A DNA stretch of 32,000 nucleotides, taken from Candidatus Saccharimonadota bacterium (lineage in GTDB: Bacteria; Pseudomonadota; Gammaproteobacteria; Enterobacterales; Enterobacteriaceae). Below the pieces are notes generated by a model. It saw only the letters and a list, made by a program, of their open reading frames with translations, made no database searches and was not told where the DNA came from. Location of the stretch: positions 390,001 to 422,000 of the forward strand of contig CP188088.1 of the NCBI GenBank assembly GCA_049942965.1, written 5' to 3'. The translations under genes were made by a program, and so were the position numbers. Below are positions 18,412 through 29,603 of this stretch, in pieces. Each line of letters starts with the position of its first letter. Position 1 is the stretch's first letter.

Positions 18412-19287
18412 ATGAAAAAAAAAGAAAATAGCTTTCAAGAAATTATCTTTATATTACAAAAATATTGGTCAAAAATTGGATGTTCTATTATTCCACCAAC
18501 AAATTTACCTGTTGGAGCTGCAACATTTCATCCAAACAGCTTTTTTGGAACAATAGATTCAAAACCTATGTCTATTGCTTTTCTGCAAGCTTCTAGAAGA
18601 CCTGGTGACAGTCGATTTGGAAAAGCATCAAATAGATTACAACACTATTATCAATTTCAAGTTTTAATAAAACCAATTCCTAAAAATATATTAGAAATAT
18701 ATTTAAACTCACTTAAAAAAATAAATATTAATAATTCAATAGACGACATTCAATTTATAGAAGACGACTGGAAAAACCCAACTTTAGGAGCTTGGGGAAT
18801 GGGGTGGGAAATTTGGTTAAATGGAATGGAAATTACTCAAATAACCTATTTTCAACAAATGGGCAGTCTAGATTGTTTTCCAATAACTATAGAAATAACA
18901 TATGGTTTAGAACGTATATTAACACACATACAAAATAAAAAAAATGTTTACGAATTAATTTGGACAAAAAATTATTTACAAACAATTACATATGGTCAAC
19001 TTTTTTTAAGAAATGAAATAGAAAACTCTAAATATAATTTTGAATTCGCTACAGTTGAATTTTTAATTAAAACATTTGAAAAACATTTACTAGAAGCAGA
19101 ACAAATGCTCAAAAAAAAATTACTGATACCAGCATATGAATTAGTATTATATGCAAATCATATTTTTAATTTATTAGAATCAAGACAAGCAATATCTATT
19201 ACTGAAAGACAAAGCTATATACTAAAAATCAAAGAACTAACAAAAAAAATAGCTAAATTATATGTAAAAAAAAATAATAATACTTAA
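18412..19287 (+). CDS. glyQ: Glycine--tRNA ligase alpha subunit
   Basis: 291 aa. Contains NRLQHYYQFQV, WKNPTLGAWGMGWEIWLNGMEITQITYFQQ and ITYGLERI, which are nearly identical to blocks of E. coli GlyQ. Confidence 0.97.
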   Translation: MKKKENSFQEIIFILQKYWSKIGCSIIPPTNLPVGAATFHPNSFFGTIDSKPMSIAFLQASRRPGDSRFGKASNRLQHYYQFQVLIKPIPKNILEIYLNSLKKININNSIDDIQFIEDDWKNPTLGAWGMGWEIWLNGMEITQITYFQQMGSLDCFPITIEITYGLERILTHIQNKKNVYELIWTKNYLQTITYGQLFLRNEIENSKYNFEFATVEFLIKTFEKHLLEAEQMLKKKLLIPAYELVLYANHIFNLLESRQAISITERQSYILKIKELTKKIAKLYVKKNNNT

Positions 19288-19318
19288 ATTATACAACTTT
19301 ATACATGATAATAAAATT

Positions 19319-21388
19319 ATGAAAAAAAAAACACTATTTGTAGAAATAGGCACCGAAGATTTACCTGCAAAAAAATTATATAAAATATCTAAATTATTTT
19401 TTGAAAACTTTAAAACAGAATTATACTTAAATAACATTTCTTTTAAAGAAATCTATTCATTTGCTACATCTAGAAGATTATCTGTTAAAGTAGAAAAATT
19501 GTTTTTTAGAAATGAAAAAATAGAAATTATAGAAAAAGGACCTTCAATTTTTAATGCATTTAATAATAAAAATAAACCCACTTTATCTGCTTTATCTTGG
19601 GCTAAAAAAATTGGAATAAAAATAGAACAAGCAACTCGTTTAAAAAATAATTTTGGAGAATGGATAGTATATAAAAAAATAAAAAAAAGAGAAAAAATTC
19701 AAATTTTACTAATTCCAATTATCAAAAAAATTATTAAAAAAATTTCATTTGGAAAATTAATGAAATGGAACAAAATCAATCAAAAATTTTTTAGACCAAT
19801 AAGAAACATCTCAATAATTTTAAACAAACAAGTAATTCCATGTAGTATTTTTTCAGTTCGTTCTTCTAGAATAATTAATGGACATAGATCTTTAGGAAAA
19901 CAAAAAATATCAATTAAAGAAGCATCTGAATATCCAGAAATATTAATAAAAGAAGGAAAAGTAATTCCTTGTCTAAAGGAAAGAAGACAAATTATTACAA
20001 ATAGAATAAAAACTATAGAAAAAAAAATAAATGGAAAAATAAAAATTAATGAATCATTATTACAAGAAGTAACATCATTAGTAGAATATCCAATTGTGAC
20101 AATGGGTAGTTTTAAAAAAAAGTTCCTAGTTTTACCAAAAGAAGTCATTATATACACTATAGAAAAAGAACAAAAATATTTTCCCATATTTAATAAAAAT
20201 AACGAAATAATTACATTTTTCATTTTTGTAAGTAATATTAAATCTTCAGAAACAACAAAAATTATTAAATGTCATGAAAAAGTTTTAAATTCAAGATTAT
20301 CAGATGCATATTTTTTCTTTAAAAAAGATCAAAAACAAAAACTAAAAGATAGATTACCATTATTAAAAAAAGTTCAATTTCAAAAAAAATTAGGAAATAT
20401 GTTCGATAAAACAAACAGAATAAAAAAAATAGCAGAATACATCTCTAACAAAACCAATCCTGATTTAACTAACAAAATTACTTTAGCAGCTATTATTTGT
20501 AAATGTGATTTAATTTGCAACATGGTAACAACTTATCCAGATTTACAAGGAATAATTGGAATGAATTACGCATTAAATGAAGGAATTGAGCAAGACATTG
20601 CTATTTCCATTAAAGAACAATATAATCCATCATTCTTAAATGATAATTTACCAATTAGTAAAATAGGATGTATTTTATCTATATCTGATAAAATTGATTT
20701 GTTAACAGGAATGTTTTACTTAAAAAAATATCCTACTTCTGAAAAAGATCCATTTGCATTAAGAAGATCAGCAATAGGAATTATTCGTATTATGATAAAA
20801 CAAAAAATGAAAATAAATTTAAAAAAATTAATTCAAAAATCATTTAAATTATATTTTCAAAAACAAGATAATAATGAATCTATAGAAAAACTTATTTGCT
20901 TCTTTTCGAAGAGATATTTAGATTTGTATAAAAAGAAAGGATATGAAACAAATATAATTAAATCCGTATTAGACATAAAAAACAAAAGTCCAATTTTTAT
21001 CGATATTTGTATAAAAATTATTACAAATTTAAAAAAAAATAAAGATTATAAAACAATAATACTTTCATATAAAAGAATATCTAATATCTTAAAACAATCA
21101 AATTTTAAAACAAAAAAAACAATTGAAAAAAAATTATTTCAAAATATAGAAGAAAAAAAGTTATTTAATTTAACTTTTGAATTAGAAAAAAAAATCAACC
21201 TGTTAAACGATACAAAAAAATATGATGAAATCATCAATAATTTTATTAATCTTAATAAACCAATTGAAAATTTTTTTAAAAAAACAATTATCAATGATAA
21301 AAATAAAAAAATAAAAAATAATAGATTAAATTTATTAAACAAAATTAAACAATTATTTCTCTATATTTCCGACTTTTCTGTTCTTTAA
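19319..21388 (+). CDS. glyS: Glycine--tRNA ligase beta subunit
   Basis: 689 aa (E. coli 689). Its N-terminus is KTLFVEIGTEDLPAKKL (E. coli KTFLVEIGTEELPPKAL), and it lies immediately downstream of glyQ. Confidence 0.95.
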   Translation: MKKKTLFVEIGTEDLPAKKLYKISKLFFENFKTELYLNNISFKEIYSFATSRRLSVKVEKLFFRNEKIEIIEKGPSIFNAFNNKNKPTLSALSWAKKIGIKIEQATRLKNNFGEWIVYKKIKKREKIQILLIPIIKKIIKKISFGKLMKWNKINQKFFRPIRNISIILNKQVIPCSIFSVRSSRIINGHRSLGKQKISIKEASEYPEILIKEGKVIPCLKERRQIITNRIKTIEKKINGKIKINESLLQEVTSLVEYPIVTMGSFKKKFLVLPKEVIIYTIEKEQKYFPIFNKNNEIITFFIFVSNIKSSETTKIIKCHEKVLNSRLSDAYFFFKKDQKQKLKDRLPLLKKVQFQKKLGNMFDKTNRIKKIAEYISNKTNPDLTNKITLAAIICKCDLICNMVTTYPDLQGIIGMNYALNEGIEQDIAISIKEQYNPSFLNDNLPISKIGCILSISDKIDLLTGMFYLKKYPTSEKDPFALRRSAIGIIRIMIKQKMKINLKKLIQKSFKLYFQKQDNNESIEKLICFFSKRYLDLYKKKGYETNIIKSVLDIKNKSPIFIDICIKIITNLKKNKDYKTIILSYKRISNILKQSNFKTKKTIEKKLFQNIEEKKLFNLTFELEKKINLLNDTKKYDEIINNFINLNKPIENFFKKTIINDKNKKIKNNRLNLLNKIKQLFLYISDFSVL

Positions 21389-21549
21389 AGGTTTAAATTT
21401 AAAATTAACATGTAAAAAATTTTTTAAAAAAATTATTAAGAAAATACAAACTAAAAAAAATATTTTTGCCACTAATAATAGTGTAAAGTGGTGAAAATGA
21501 AATTATCAAAATATTCAAAAAAACAAATCTTTCTCATAAACCTAAAAAT

Positions 21550-22734
<1,185 letters not shown>

Positions 22735-22824
22735 TTAATAATTTAAATTGTTTTAAATAAATAATATATATAAAATTTAAAAAAAAACTGATAAGTTTTA
22801 TGAGTACTTTATAACTTTTTTTTA

Positions 22825-23124
22825 TTAATATATTTTTTCAATTCTGTTTTTTAACTTCTGACCCGCTTTAAAAACCACAACTCGACGAGCTTTAATAGAC
22901 ACTAATTTCCCAGTTTTAGGATTTCTTCCAGGTCTAGATTTTTTATCCCTTAGATAAAAATTTCCAAATCCAGATAACTTGACAAATTCTCCTTTTTCTA
23001 AAGCGAAAATTACTTCTTTAAAAAACAATCTAACTAATTCTTTTGAATCTCGTTTATTTAATTCAGAATTTTCAAATAAAAATTCTGATATTTCAGATTT
23101 AGTTAATACTTTCATAAACTCCAT
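22825..23124 (-). CDS. ihfA: Integration host factor alpha subunit
   Basis: Contains [29 protein letters not shown] and [13 protein letters not shown], matching E. coli IhfA. The start is probably the internal ATG at 23115 (MKVLTKSE...). Either start overlaps the 3' end of pheT. Confidence 0.94.
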   Translation of the reverse strand: MEFMKVLTKSEISEFLFENSELNKRDSKELVRLFFKEVIFALEKGEFVKLSGFGNFYLRDKKSRPGRNPKTGKLVSIKARRVVVFKAGQKLKNRIEKIY

Positions 23125-25570
23125 CTCTCAAAATAGCTTGAAACTGTGTTTTTAATTTAAGCAAACAAGTATTCATAATACTATTTATATCTTCTTCTGT
23201 TAAAGTTTTTTCTTCACTATGCAAAAAAAAACTTAAAGATAAACTTTTTTTACCAATTGAAATATTTTTACCTATGTAAACATCAAATAACTGCACAGAA
23301 ATAATATAATGAGAAATATTTTTTTTACAAAAACTAATTATATCAAAAACTGGTATTGTTTCATCAACAATAATGGAAATATCTCTACGAGACGATGGGA
23401 AAATTGATATTTCTTGTATTTTTTTATGTATATTTTTATTTTTAATAAATTTTAAACAAGAAATCTCAAATAAAATGACCGAATTTTTTAAATTTAATTT
23501 ATTTTGTATTTTTGGATGTAATACTCCAATTCTACCAATTTTATTATCTAATTCATAAATACTAGCGCTCATTCCTGGATGTAAGCAAGATATCTTTTCT
23601 TTTTTAAAAACAATATTGTCTGAATTTCCAATTATTTCAAAAATGGATTCAACATCTCCTTTTAAATCATAGAAGTCGTTTTTTTTTTTTATTTTATTCC
23701 AATGTATAGTACTAGGTAGCTCATTTAATAATCCAGATATAAAAATTTTTTGTTTAAATTTAGATTGTTTGTTTAATTCATTAAAACACATTCCGATTTC
23801 AAACAAACGAGATGTTTTAACTTGTCTACTTTGATTAGATAAGAAAGTATTTAATAAACCAACCCATAAAGTTGATCTCATAACAGACATGTCAAACGAT
23901 ATTGGATTTTCTATATATAAAAATTTTTCATTTGGAAACAACATTTTTTGAATTTTTGGATTGATAAAGCTGTAGTTAATTACTTCATGATATCCTTTGT
24001 CTACTAAAAATAACCTTATTCGTTCCAAACAAGAATCAAAGTATTGAAAATTTGATTTAAACAAATGACTTTTTTTCAATATTATTGAAGGTATATTTTT
24101 GTAGTTATAAGCTCTTGTAATATCTCCGATAATATCTTCTTCAATTTTTATATCAAATCTCCAAGTAGGAACTTCTAAGAACCAAGTTTCTCTCTTATAT
24201 TCAATTATTGTATAACCTAAATGAATTAAAATATGATTAATATCATCTTTTTTGATGAAAAATCCTAGCAATTTAGAAATTTTAATATATCTTAAAGAAA
24301 TATAATTAAAATTTAAATCCCTATTTATTTTTTTAACAATTACTGTTTCAACAACTTCACCTCCTAATATATCAATTAACATTTTAGTAACACGTTCAAA
24401 AACAAATTCTTGAATGTTATAATCTAATCCTTTTCTTAAACGAATAAATAAATCATTTTTTATATCAATTTTTGGATTAAAAGAATAAATAAAATCATTA
24501 AATTTATAAAAATTAATAGATCCTAAAAATATATTTTTTGTATTTGAAGAAACTGTAGTAAAACCAGAATTTTCTAAACCATATAAAGATAATATCTTAT
24601 TTTTTTTATCAGAAATGATAACACTATTATTATCAAAAATATTTATTTTTTTATTTGAGTAAAAAAAATCGTTAGGATTAGACATTTTTATACATATTTC
24701 TTTAAATGAAATTTTATCTGCATCAAAAATATGTACAATTTGATTAAATTCTAATATTACATAATTAATAAAATCATTTATAATTCCTTTTCCTAAAAAT
24801 AAATTAGAAAATTGCCGTAATCGTTCTTTTATTAAAAAAGGGATTGTTGTTTCATCATTAATTTTAATATTCTTAATGATTCTTCCAATATATTTTATTG
24901 GAATTAAATTATTAGTAAATAAACTTATATTTAATTTTTTATTTTTTAATTTCGATCTTACAATTTTATTACTATGATCAATAAGTTTTAAATCACGATT
25001 TAATAAACATAATTCTCTAGCAATTCCAAAAATAGACAATAAATCAGATCTATTAGGAGGTATAGAAACAGTAATTATATTATTAAATTTAGAAAATAAT
25101 TTTCTAACATTAACACCTAATACAACATCATCAGAAAATATTATTTTTTCTTTTTCATTATTATTATTTTCTATACCTAAATTTAAAAAAGAACAAATAA
25201 CTCCTTCAGACTGAATACCTTTAAAAAAAATTGCATCAATACGAGTTTGTTTAATTTTATATTTAAATATAATTGATCCTTTTAATGCTATTGCTATCCT
25301 TTTATTTTTTGTAATATTAGAAAAACTACTTATAATCTGATAATTTGTCCCAAAACCTACATCAACTTCATATACAAATAATTTTTCTAATTTACAATGA
25401 GGAACAACATTAACTATCTTTCCTACTACAACTCCACGAAAAACACTGGAAATAACAGGTTTTACAGAATCAACTTCTATACCACAATTAGACAATTTAT
25501 TACAAAGTTCGTCAGTTGTTATTTTCGGATAATTAATCCATTTTCTTAGCCATTCTTCACTAAATTTCAT
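23099..25570 (-). CDS. pheT: Phenylalanine--tRNA ligase beta subunit
   Basis: 823 aa (E. coli 795). Begins [12 protein letters not shown] and ends ...QAILRD+GVYESIN. It lies downstream of pheS in the conserved pheST-ihfA operon. Confidence 0.95.
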   Translation of the reverse strand: MKFSEEWLRKWINYPKITTDELCNKLSNCGIEVDSVKPVISSVFRGVVVGKIVNVVPHCKLEKLFVYEVDVGFGTNYQIISSFSNITKNKRIAIALKGSIIFKYKIKQTRIDAIFFKGIQSEGVICSFLNLGIENNNNEKEKIIFSDDVVLGVNVRKLFSKFNNIITVSIPPNRSDLLSIFGIARELCLLNRDLKLIDHSNKIVRSKLKNKKLNISLFTNNLIPIKYIGRIIKNIKINDETTIPFLIKERLRQFSNLFLGKGIINDFINYVILEFNQIVHIFDADKISFKEICIKMSNPNDFFYSNKKINIFDNNSVIISDKKNKILSLYGLENSGFTTVSSNTKNIFLGSINFYKFNDFIYSFNPKIDIKNDLFIRLRKGLDYNIQEFVFERVTKMLIDILGGEVVETVIVKKINRDLNFNYISLRYIKISKLLGFFIKKDDINHILIHLGYTIIEYKRETWFLEVPTWRFDIKIEEDIIGDITRAYNYKNIPSIILKKSHLFKSNFQYFDSCLERIRLFLVDKGYHEVINYSFINPKIQKMLFPNEKFLYIENPISFDMSVMRSTLWVGLLNTFLSNQSRQVKTSRLFEIGMCFNELNKQSKFKQKIFISGLLNELPSTIHWNKIKKKNDFYDLKGDVESIFEIIGNSDNIVFKKEKISCLHPGMSASIYELDNKIGRIGVLHPKIQNKLNLKNSVILFEISCLKFIKNKNIHKKIQEISIFPSSRRDISIIVDETIPVFDIISFCKKNISHYIISVQLFDVYIGKNISIGKKSLSLSFFLHSEEKTLTEEDINSIMNTCLLKLKTQFQAILRDGVYESIN

Positions 25571-25588
25571 TTAAAAAAACCTTTTTAT

Positions 25589-26590
25589 TTAAAATTGCTT
25601 AAGAAATCTAATATCATTTTCAAAAAAAGACCTAATATCTTTTATTCCATATTTTATCATAGCAATTCTTTCTATTCCAATTCCAAAAGCAAATCCTGAA
25701 TATGTTTCAAAATCAACATTTAATGTTTTTAAAACATTTGGATGTACCATTCCACAACCTAGTACTTCAATCCATTTATTATTATACATTTTTATGTCTA
25801 CTTCCATAGAAGGAGTTGTAAATGGAAAATAAGAACTTCTAAATCGCATTTGTATATTTCTTCCAAAAAAAAACTGTATAAATTTTTCAATAACCCATTT
25901 CAAATTAGATAAGCTAATGTTTTTATCAATAACTAATCCTTCCATTTGATGAAACATTGGAGTATGAGTATAATCATTATCGTTTCTATAAACTTTTCCA
26001 GGCATAATCATTCTAATAGGAGGATTTTTATCTTTCATGGAACGAACTTGCATACTAGAAGTTTGTGTTCTTAATAATAATTGCGAATTCAACCAAAAAG
26101 TGTCCTGTTTACTACGAGATGGATGATCATCAGGTACATTTAAAGCATCAAAATTATGATATTTGTCTTCAATTTCCGGACCATCATTAAGTTCGAATCC
26201 TAAACTAAAAAAAAAATCTTTTAATTTATTTATAGTATTAGTTATAGGATGAACGGATCCTAAACTATTTTTATATCCTGGCAATGATACGTCTAAATTT
26301 TGTTGTTTTAAAAAATTTTGAAATAATGTTTCTTTTAAAGATTTATTTTTTTTTCTTATTTTATTTTGAATATCATTTTTAATTCTATTAATAAAACTTA
26401 TTTTTTTTAAATCATTACTATTTTTTTGATTAAATAATTGTTTACTAACAGAACATAGTTTTTTTATTTGTTTATTTAAAAATCCTTTTTTTCCTAGATA
26501 AAAAATTCTAATTTTTTCTAATTCAGCCATATCTTTTGAATTATTAATTTTCAATTCAATTGAATCTCTTAAAAAATACATTTTTTTCAT
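25589..26590 (-). CDS. pheS: Phenylalanine--tRNA ligase alpha subunit
   Basis: 333 aa (E. coli 327). Class II core: LLRTQTSSMQVR, FHQMEGLV, FRSSYFPFTTPS and GFAFGIGIERIAM. Confidence 0.96.
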   Translation of the reverse strand: MKKMYFLRDSIELKINNSKDMAELEKIRIFYLGKKGFLNKQIKKLCSVSKQLFNQKNSNDLKKISFINRIKNDIQNKIRKKNKSLKETLFQNFLKQQNLDVSLPGYKNSLGSVHPITNTINKLKDFFFSLGFELNDGPEIEDKYHNFDALNVPDDHPSRSKQDTFWLNSQLLLRTQTSSMQVRSMKDKNPPIRMIMPGKVYRNDNDYTHTPMFHQMEGLVIDKNISLSNLKWVIEKFIQFFFGRNIQMRFRSSYFPFTTPSMEVDIKMYNNKWIEVLGCGMVHPNVLKTLNVDFETYSGFAFGIGIERIAMIKYGIKDIRSFFENDIRFLKQF

Positions 26591-26652
26591 AATTATTCCA
26601 AATAAAAAACATAATTTTTGATATTTTTTACAAAAAAATCTTCTAAATAAAT

Positions 26653-26678
26653 AAAAAAATGAGGAAGTGCATATCCTC
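26653..26678 (-). terminator. Weak hairpin plus T7 run after rplT, upstream of pheS (rplT terminator or candidate pheST attenuator)
   Basis: The minus strand reads GAGGA-tatgcact-TCCTC-a-TTTTTTT. The 5-bp stem is 26678-26674 / 26665-26661 and the T-run is 26659-26653. It is embedded in a local G+C island (GTGGGGGAGG). The stem is short, so confidence is modest. Confidence 0.45.
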
Positions 26679-26691
26679 CCCCACTACAAAT

Positions 26692-27063
26692 TTAAATAAA
26701 ATCTTTTTTATTTAAAAATAATTTAACTTGTTCTACTAGTTTTACAAAAGAAAAATAATCAGAAAAAGCAATATTTGATAACATCTTTCGATCTATAATA
26801 ATTGATATTTTTTTTAAACCAAACATAAACTTACTGTAAGATAATCCAAAATTTCGTACAGCTGCGTTAATTCTAGAAACCCATAGTTTACGAAACTGTC
26901 TTTTACGTTGTCTTCGATCACGATATGCATATTGACCTGATTTTATAACTGCTTGATAAGCTACTCTATAAACACGAGATCTAGCTCCATAATATCCTTT
27001 TGCTTTTTTTAAAATTTTTTTATGACGAGCATTTGCTGTTACTCCACGTTTTACTCTAGTCAT
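26692..27063 (-). CDS. rplT: 50S ribosomal protein L20
   Basis: 123 aa. [35 protein letters not shown] matches the L20 N-terminus. Confidence 0.96.
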   Translation of the reverse strand: MTRVKRGVTANARHKKILKKAKGYYGARSRVYRVAYQAVIKSGQYAYRDRRQRKRQFRKLWVSRINAAVRNFGLSYSKFMFGLKKISIIIDRKMLSNIAFSDYFSFVKLVEQVKLFLNKKDFI

Positions 27064-27114
27064 AAACTCACTCTCCTATTTCATTTAACTTAGTATTCAC
27101 TAAAATATAATTTT

Positions 27115-27312
27115 TTATTTATAAGGAAAAAAAGAAATTACTTTTTTTTGATCTCCTTTAGATACAATAATTTTTAATCTAAGATGTCTTTTATATTTTT
27201 TACTTTTTTTAGTTAATAAATGTCTTAAATTAGATTTTCTTCTAACAAATTTTCCAGATGAAATCCGTTTAAAACGCTTTGCTGCACTACGCAACGTTTT
27301 CATTTTTAACAT
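27115..27312 (-). CDS. rpmI: 50S ribosomal protein L35
   Basis: 65 aa. MLKMKTLRSAAKRFK...NLRHLLTKK...KRHLR...VSKGD...PY matches E. coli L35 (MPKIKTVRGAAKRFK...). Confidence 0.95.
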   Translation of the reverse strand: MLKMKTLRSAAKRFKRISSGKFVRRKSNLRHLLTKKSKKYKRHLRLKIIVSKGDQKKVISFFPYK

Positions 27313-27382
27313 AATAAGTAAATCCTTCTAAAATAAAAACAAATAAAATAACTAAACATATGCATATATTTTATATTTAAAA

Positions 27383-27922
27383 TTATCTTTTCTTAGGAGA
27401 CAAAATCATTATCATTTGTCTTCCTTCAATCTTAACAGGAAAACTTTCAACTATAGAAATAGTACTTAAATCTTGTTTTATTCTATATAAAATATTCATA
27501 CCTATTCCTTGATGAGCCATTTCTCTACCACGAAATCTTAAAGTTATTTTAACTTTATTACCATCGTTTAAAAACCGAACTAAATTTCTTAATTTTACTT
27601 GATAATCACTTTCTTCTGTTCCAGGTCTAAATTTTACTTCTTTAATATGAATAATTTTTTGTTTTTTCTTTTGTTCCTTAAAATATTTGCTTTTTTCATA
27701 AAGAAACTTACCATAGTCCATAATACGACAAACAGGAGGTTTTGCATTTGGACTGATTTCTACCAAATCTAAATCTTGTTCCATAGCTATATTTAAAGCT
27801 TTCTTTAAGGTAACAATTCCAATTTGTTCGCCTTTTAATCCAGTTAATCTTACTTCTACCGATTTAATTTCTGTGTTAATACGATTAGAATGTGTTGTAT
27901 GAATTCTTCTTCCGACTTTAAT
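27383..27922 (-). CDS. infC: Translation initiation factor IF-3, with a non-canonical ATT start
   Basis: The ORF track begins at an internal Met (27784). The frame stays open upstream and translates as [73 protein letters not shown]..., which aligns with E. coli IF3 from residue 1 ([37 protein letters not shown]...). The first codon is ATT at 27922-27920, 3 nt after the thrS TAA (27928-27926). Confidence 0.9.
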   Translation of the reverse strand: MKVGRRIHTTHSNRINTEIKSVEVRLTGLKGEQIGIVTLKKALNIAMEQDLDLVEISPNAKPPVCRIMDYGKFLYEKSKYFKEQKKKQKIIHIKEVKFRPGTEESDYQVKLRNLVRFLNDGNKVKITLRFRGREMAHQGIGMNILYRIKQDLSTISIVESFPVKIEGRQMIMILSPKKR

Positions 27923-27925
27923 TCT

Positions 27926-29182
27926 TTATTCCTCCAAACAATGATTACTATAAGTAAATATCTCAAATTGTATTTTCTTAATAATACTATTAAAATCTAC
28001 AAGATCAAAATTTTTACCTAATCTAGTCCTTACAGTTACCTTAGATTTTTTTATTTCTTTATCACCACATATAAAAATATATGGTATTCGAGAAATTGTA
28101 TAATTTTTAATTTTTATATTTATTTTTATATTTCTAACATCTGATTTTACACGAATTCCTAAATTAAATATTTTATTTTTTAACTTTTCTACATAAGTTG
28201 AATGAATTGGATGGACACTAATAATAACAATTTGTAATGGAGATAACCAAGTAGGTAAAAATCCTGAATATTCTTCAATTAAAATACCAATAAAACGTTC
28301 AATTGAACCTAAAATTGCTCGATGAATAATAATTGGATTTTTTTTTTGATTTTTTTTATTTATATAAAAAGAATTTAATTTACTAGATAAATAAAAATCT
28401 AACTGAATAGTTCCACATTGCCACATTCGATTTAAAGAATCTTTTAAAATTAATTCAATTTTAGGACCATAAAAAGCTCCTTCACCCAATTGATATTCAA
28501 ATTTTAAGTTGTTCCTCCTTAACACTTGTAATAAATCTAATTCAGCACGATCCCAATTTTCATTTGAACCAATTCTATTTATTGGTCTAGTTGATAATTT
28601 TAAATAAATTTCTTTAAATCCAAATATCTTATAAATGTCAAAAATCATCATAATACAAGTTTCTATTTCATTTTGCACTTGTTCTTCACTACAAAATATA
28701 TGAGCATCATCTTGAGTAAAATATCGCACTCTCATCAAACCATGCATAGAACCAGATGGTTCTTTTCTATGACAACTACCAAACTCAGAAATTCTAAAAG
28801 GAAGGTCTTTATAAGATTTTAAACCTTGATTAAATATTTCTACATGACCAGGACAATTCATTGGTTTAATACAATATTTTCTGTTTTCTGAAGCAGTTGT
28901 AAATATTGAATTTTTATAATTTTCCCAATGACCACTTTTTTTCCAAATTGTTTCATCCAATAATATTGGTGTTTGTACTTCTCTATAATCATATTCTAAT
29001 AATTTTTTTCTAATAAAATCTTTTAATAATCTAAAAATAATTAATCCATCTGAATGCCAAAAAACCATTCCTGGAGAATTATCATTGATATGATAAAAAT
29101 TTAACTTTTTTCCAATAATTCGATGATCTCTATTTCGATCCAAAATTATATTTTTATTTTTGTTTTTCAACATTATTTCCAT
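27926..29182 (-). CDS. thrS: Threonine--tRNA ligase, N-terminally truncated (catalytic and anticodon-binding domains only)
   Basis: 418 aa against 642 aa in E. coli. Alignment starts at ...RDHRIIGKKLNFYHI/PGMVFWH (E. coli residue ~241 onward) and runs colinear to the shared C-terminal ...LEE. The class II core is present (KPMNCPGH, FRISEFGSCHRKEPSG, FTQDDAHIF, IHRAILGSIERFIG). An alternative start is the ATG at 29173. Confidence 0.9.
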   Translation of the reverse strand: MEIMLKNKNKNIILDRNRDHRIIGKKLNFYHINDNSPGMVFWHSDGLIIFRLLKDFIRKKLLEYDYREVQTPILLDETIWKKSGHWENYKNSIFTTASENRKYCIKPMNCPGHVEIFNQGLKSYKDLPFRISEFGSCHRKEPSGSMHGLMRVRYFTQDDAHIFCSEEQVQNEIETCIMMIFDIYKIFGFKEIYLKLSTRPINRIGSNENWDRAELDLLQVLRRNNLKFEYQLGEGAFYGPKIELILKDSLNRMWQCGTIQLDFYLSSKLNSFYINKKNQKKNPIIIHRAILGSIERFIGILIEEYSGFLPTWLSPLQIVIISVHPIHSTYVEKLKNKIFNLGIRVKSDVRNIKINIKIKNYTISRIPYIFICGDKEIKKSKVTVRTRLGKNFDLVDFNSIIKKIQFEIFTYSNHCLEE

Positions 29183-29603
29183 TAATATTATTTAGAAAGA
29201 ACAATCTCTATATTTTATTTGAAAATTATATAACTTTACAAAATTTTTTTTTAGAAAAAAACTCAAAAAATAAATTTTTAATTATTTTTCACAAAATATT
29301 ATTTAAATAATAAAAATTATTTTTATTTGATAAAAATGTCAAAAAAAAAAATAATTTTTATATTTTATTTCAGATAGAATATTATTGGTTTTTACATACA
29401 ATACTGTAAATAAAAAAAATATACAATAAAAGACACAAAAACAAAAAAAAACAAATTATAATAATTTTATAATATATACTTTGTATAAAATTTTATAATA
29501 AAAAACAAATTATTTAAATTTTTGAAATTTTAACTTAAAATATTCAAATTAAATTTGAATAAATTTAACTTTTACTATTTAAAAAATAATAATTTTAAAA
29601 AAA

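Noticed and set aside
19780-21342. Minus-strand ORFs of 147 aa (19780-20223) and 67 aa (21139-21342) lie inside glyS.
   Set aside because: Both are antisense to glyS. The 147-aa ORF is long only because glyS is Lys/Asn-rich, so the reverse frames lack stops. No conserved features are present.
21469-21491. CCACT...AGTGG between convergent glyS and tgt is a candidate bidirectional terminator.
   Set aside because: The stem is only 5 bp, the loop is 13 nt, and no T-run follows on either strand.
23373-23558. A 61-aa plus-strand ORF lies inside pheT.
   Set aside because: It is antisense to pheT and low-complexity.
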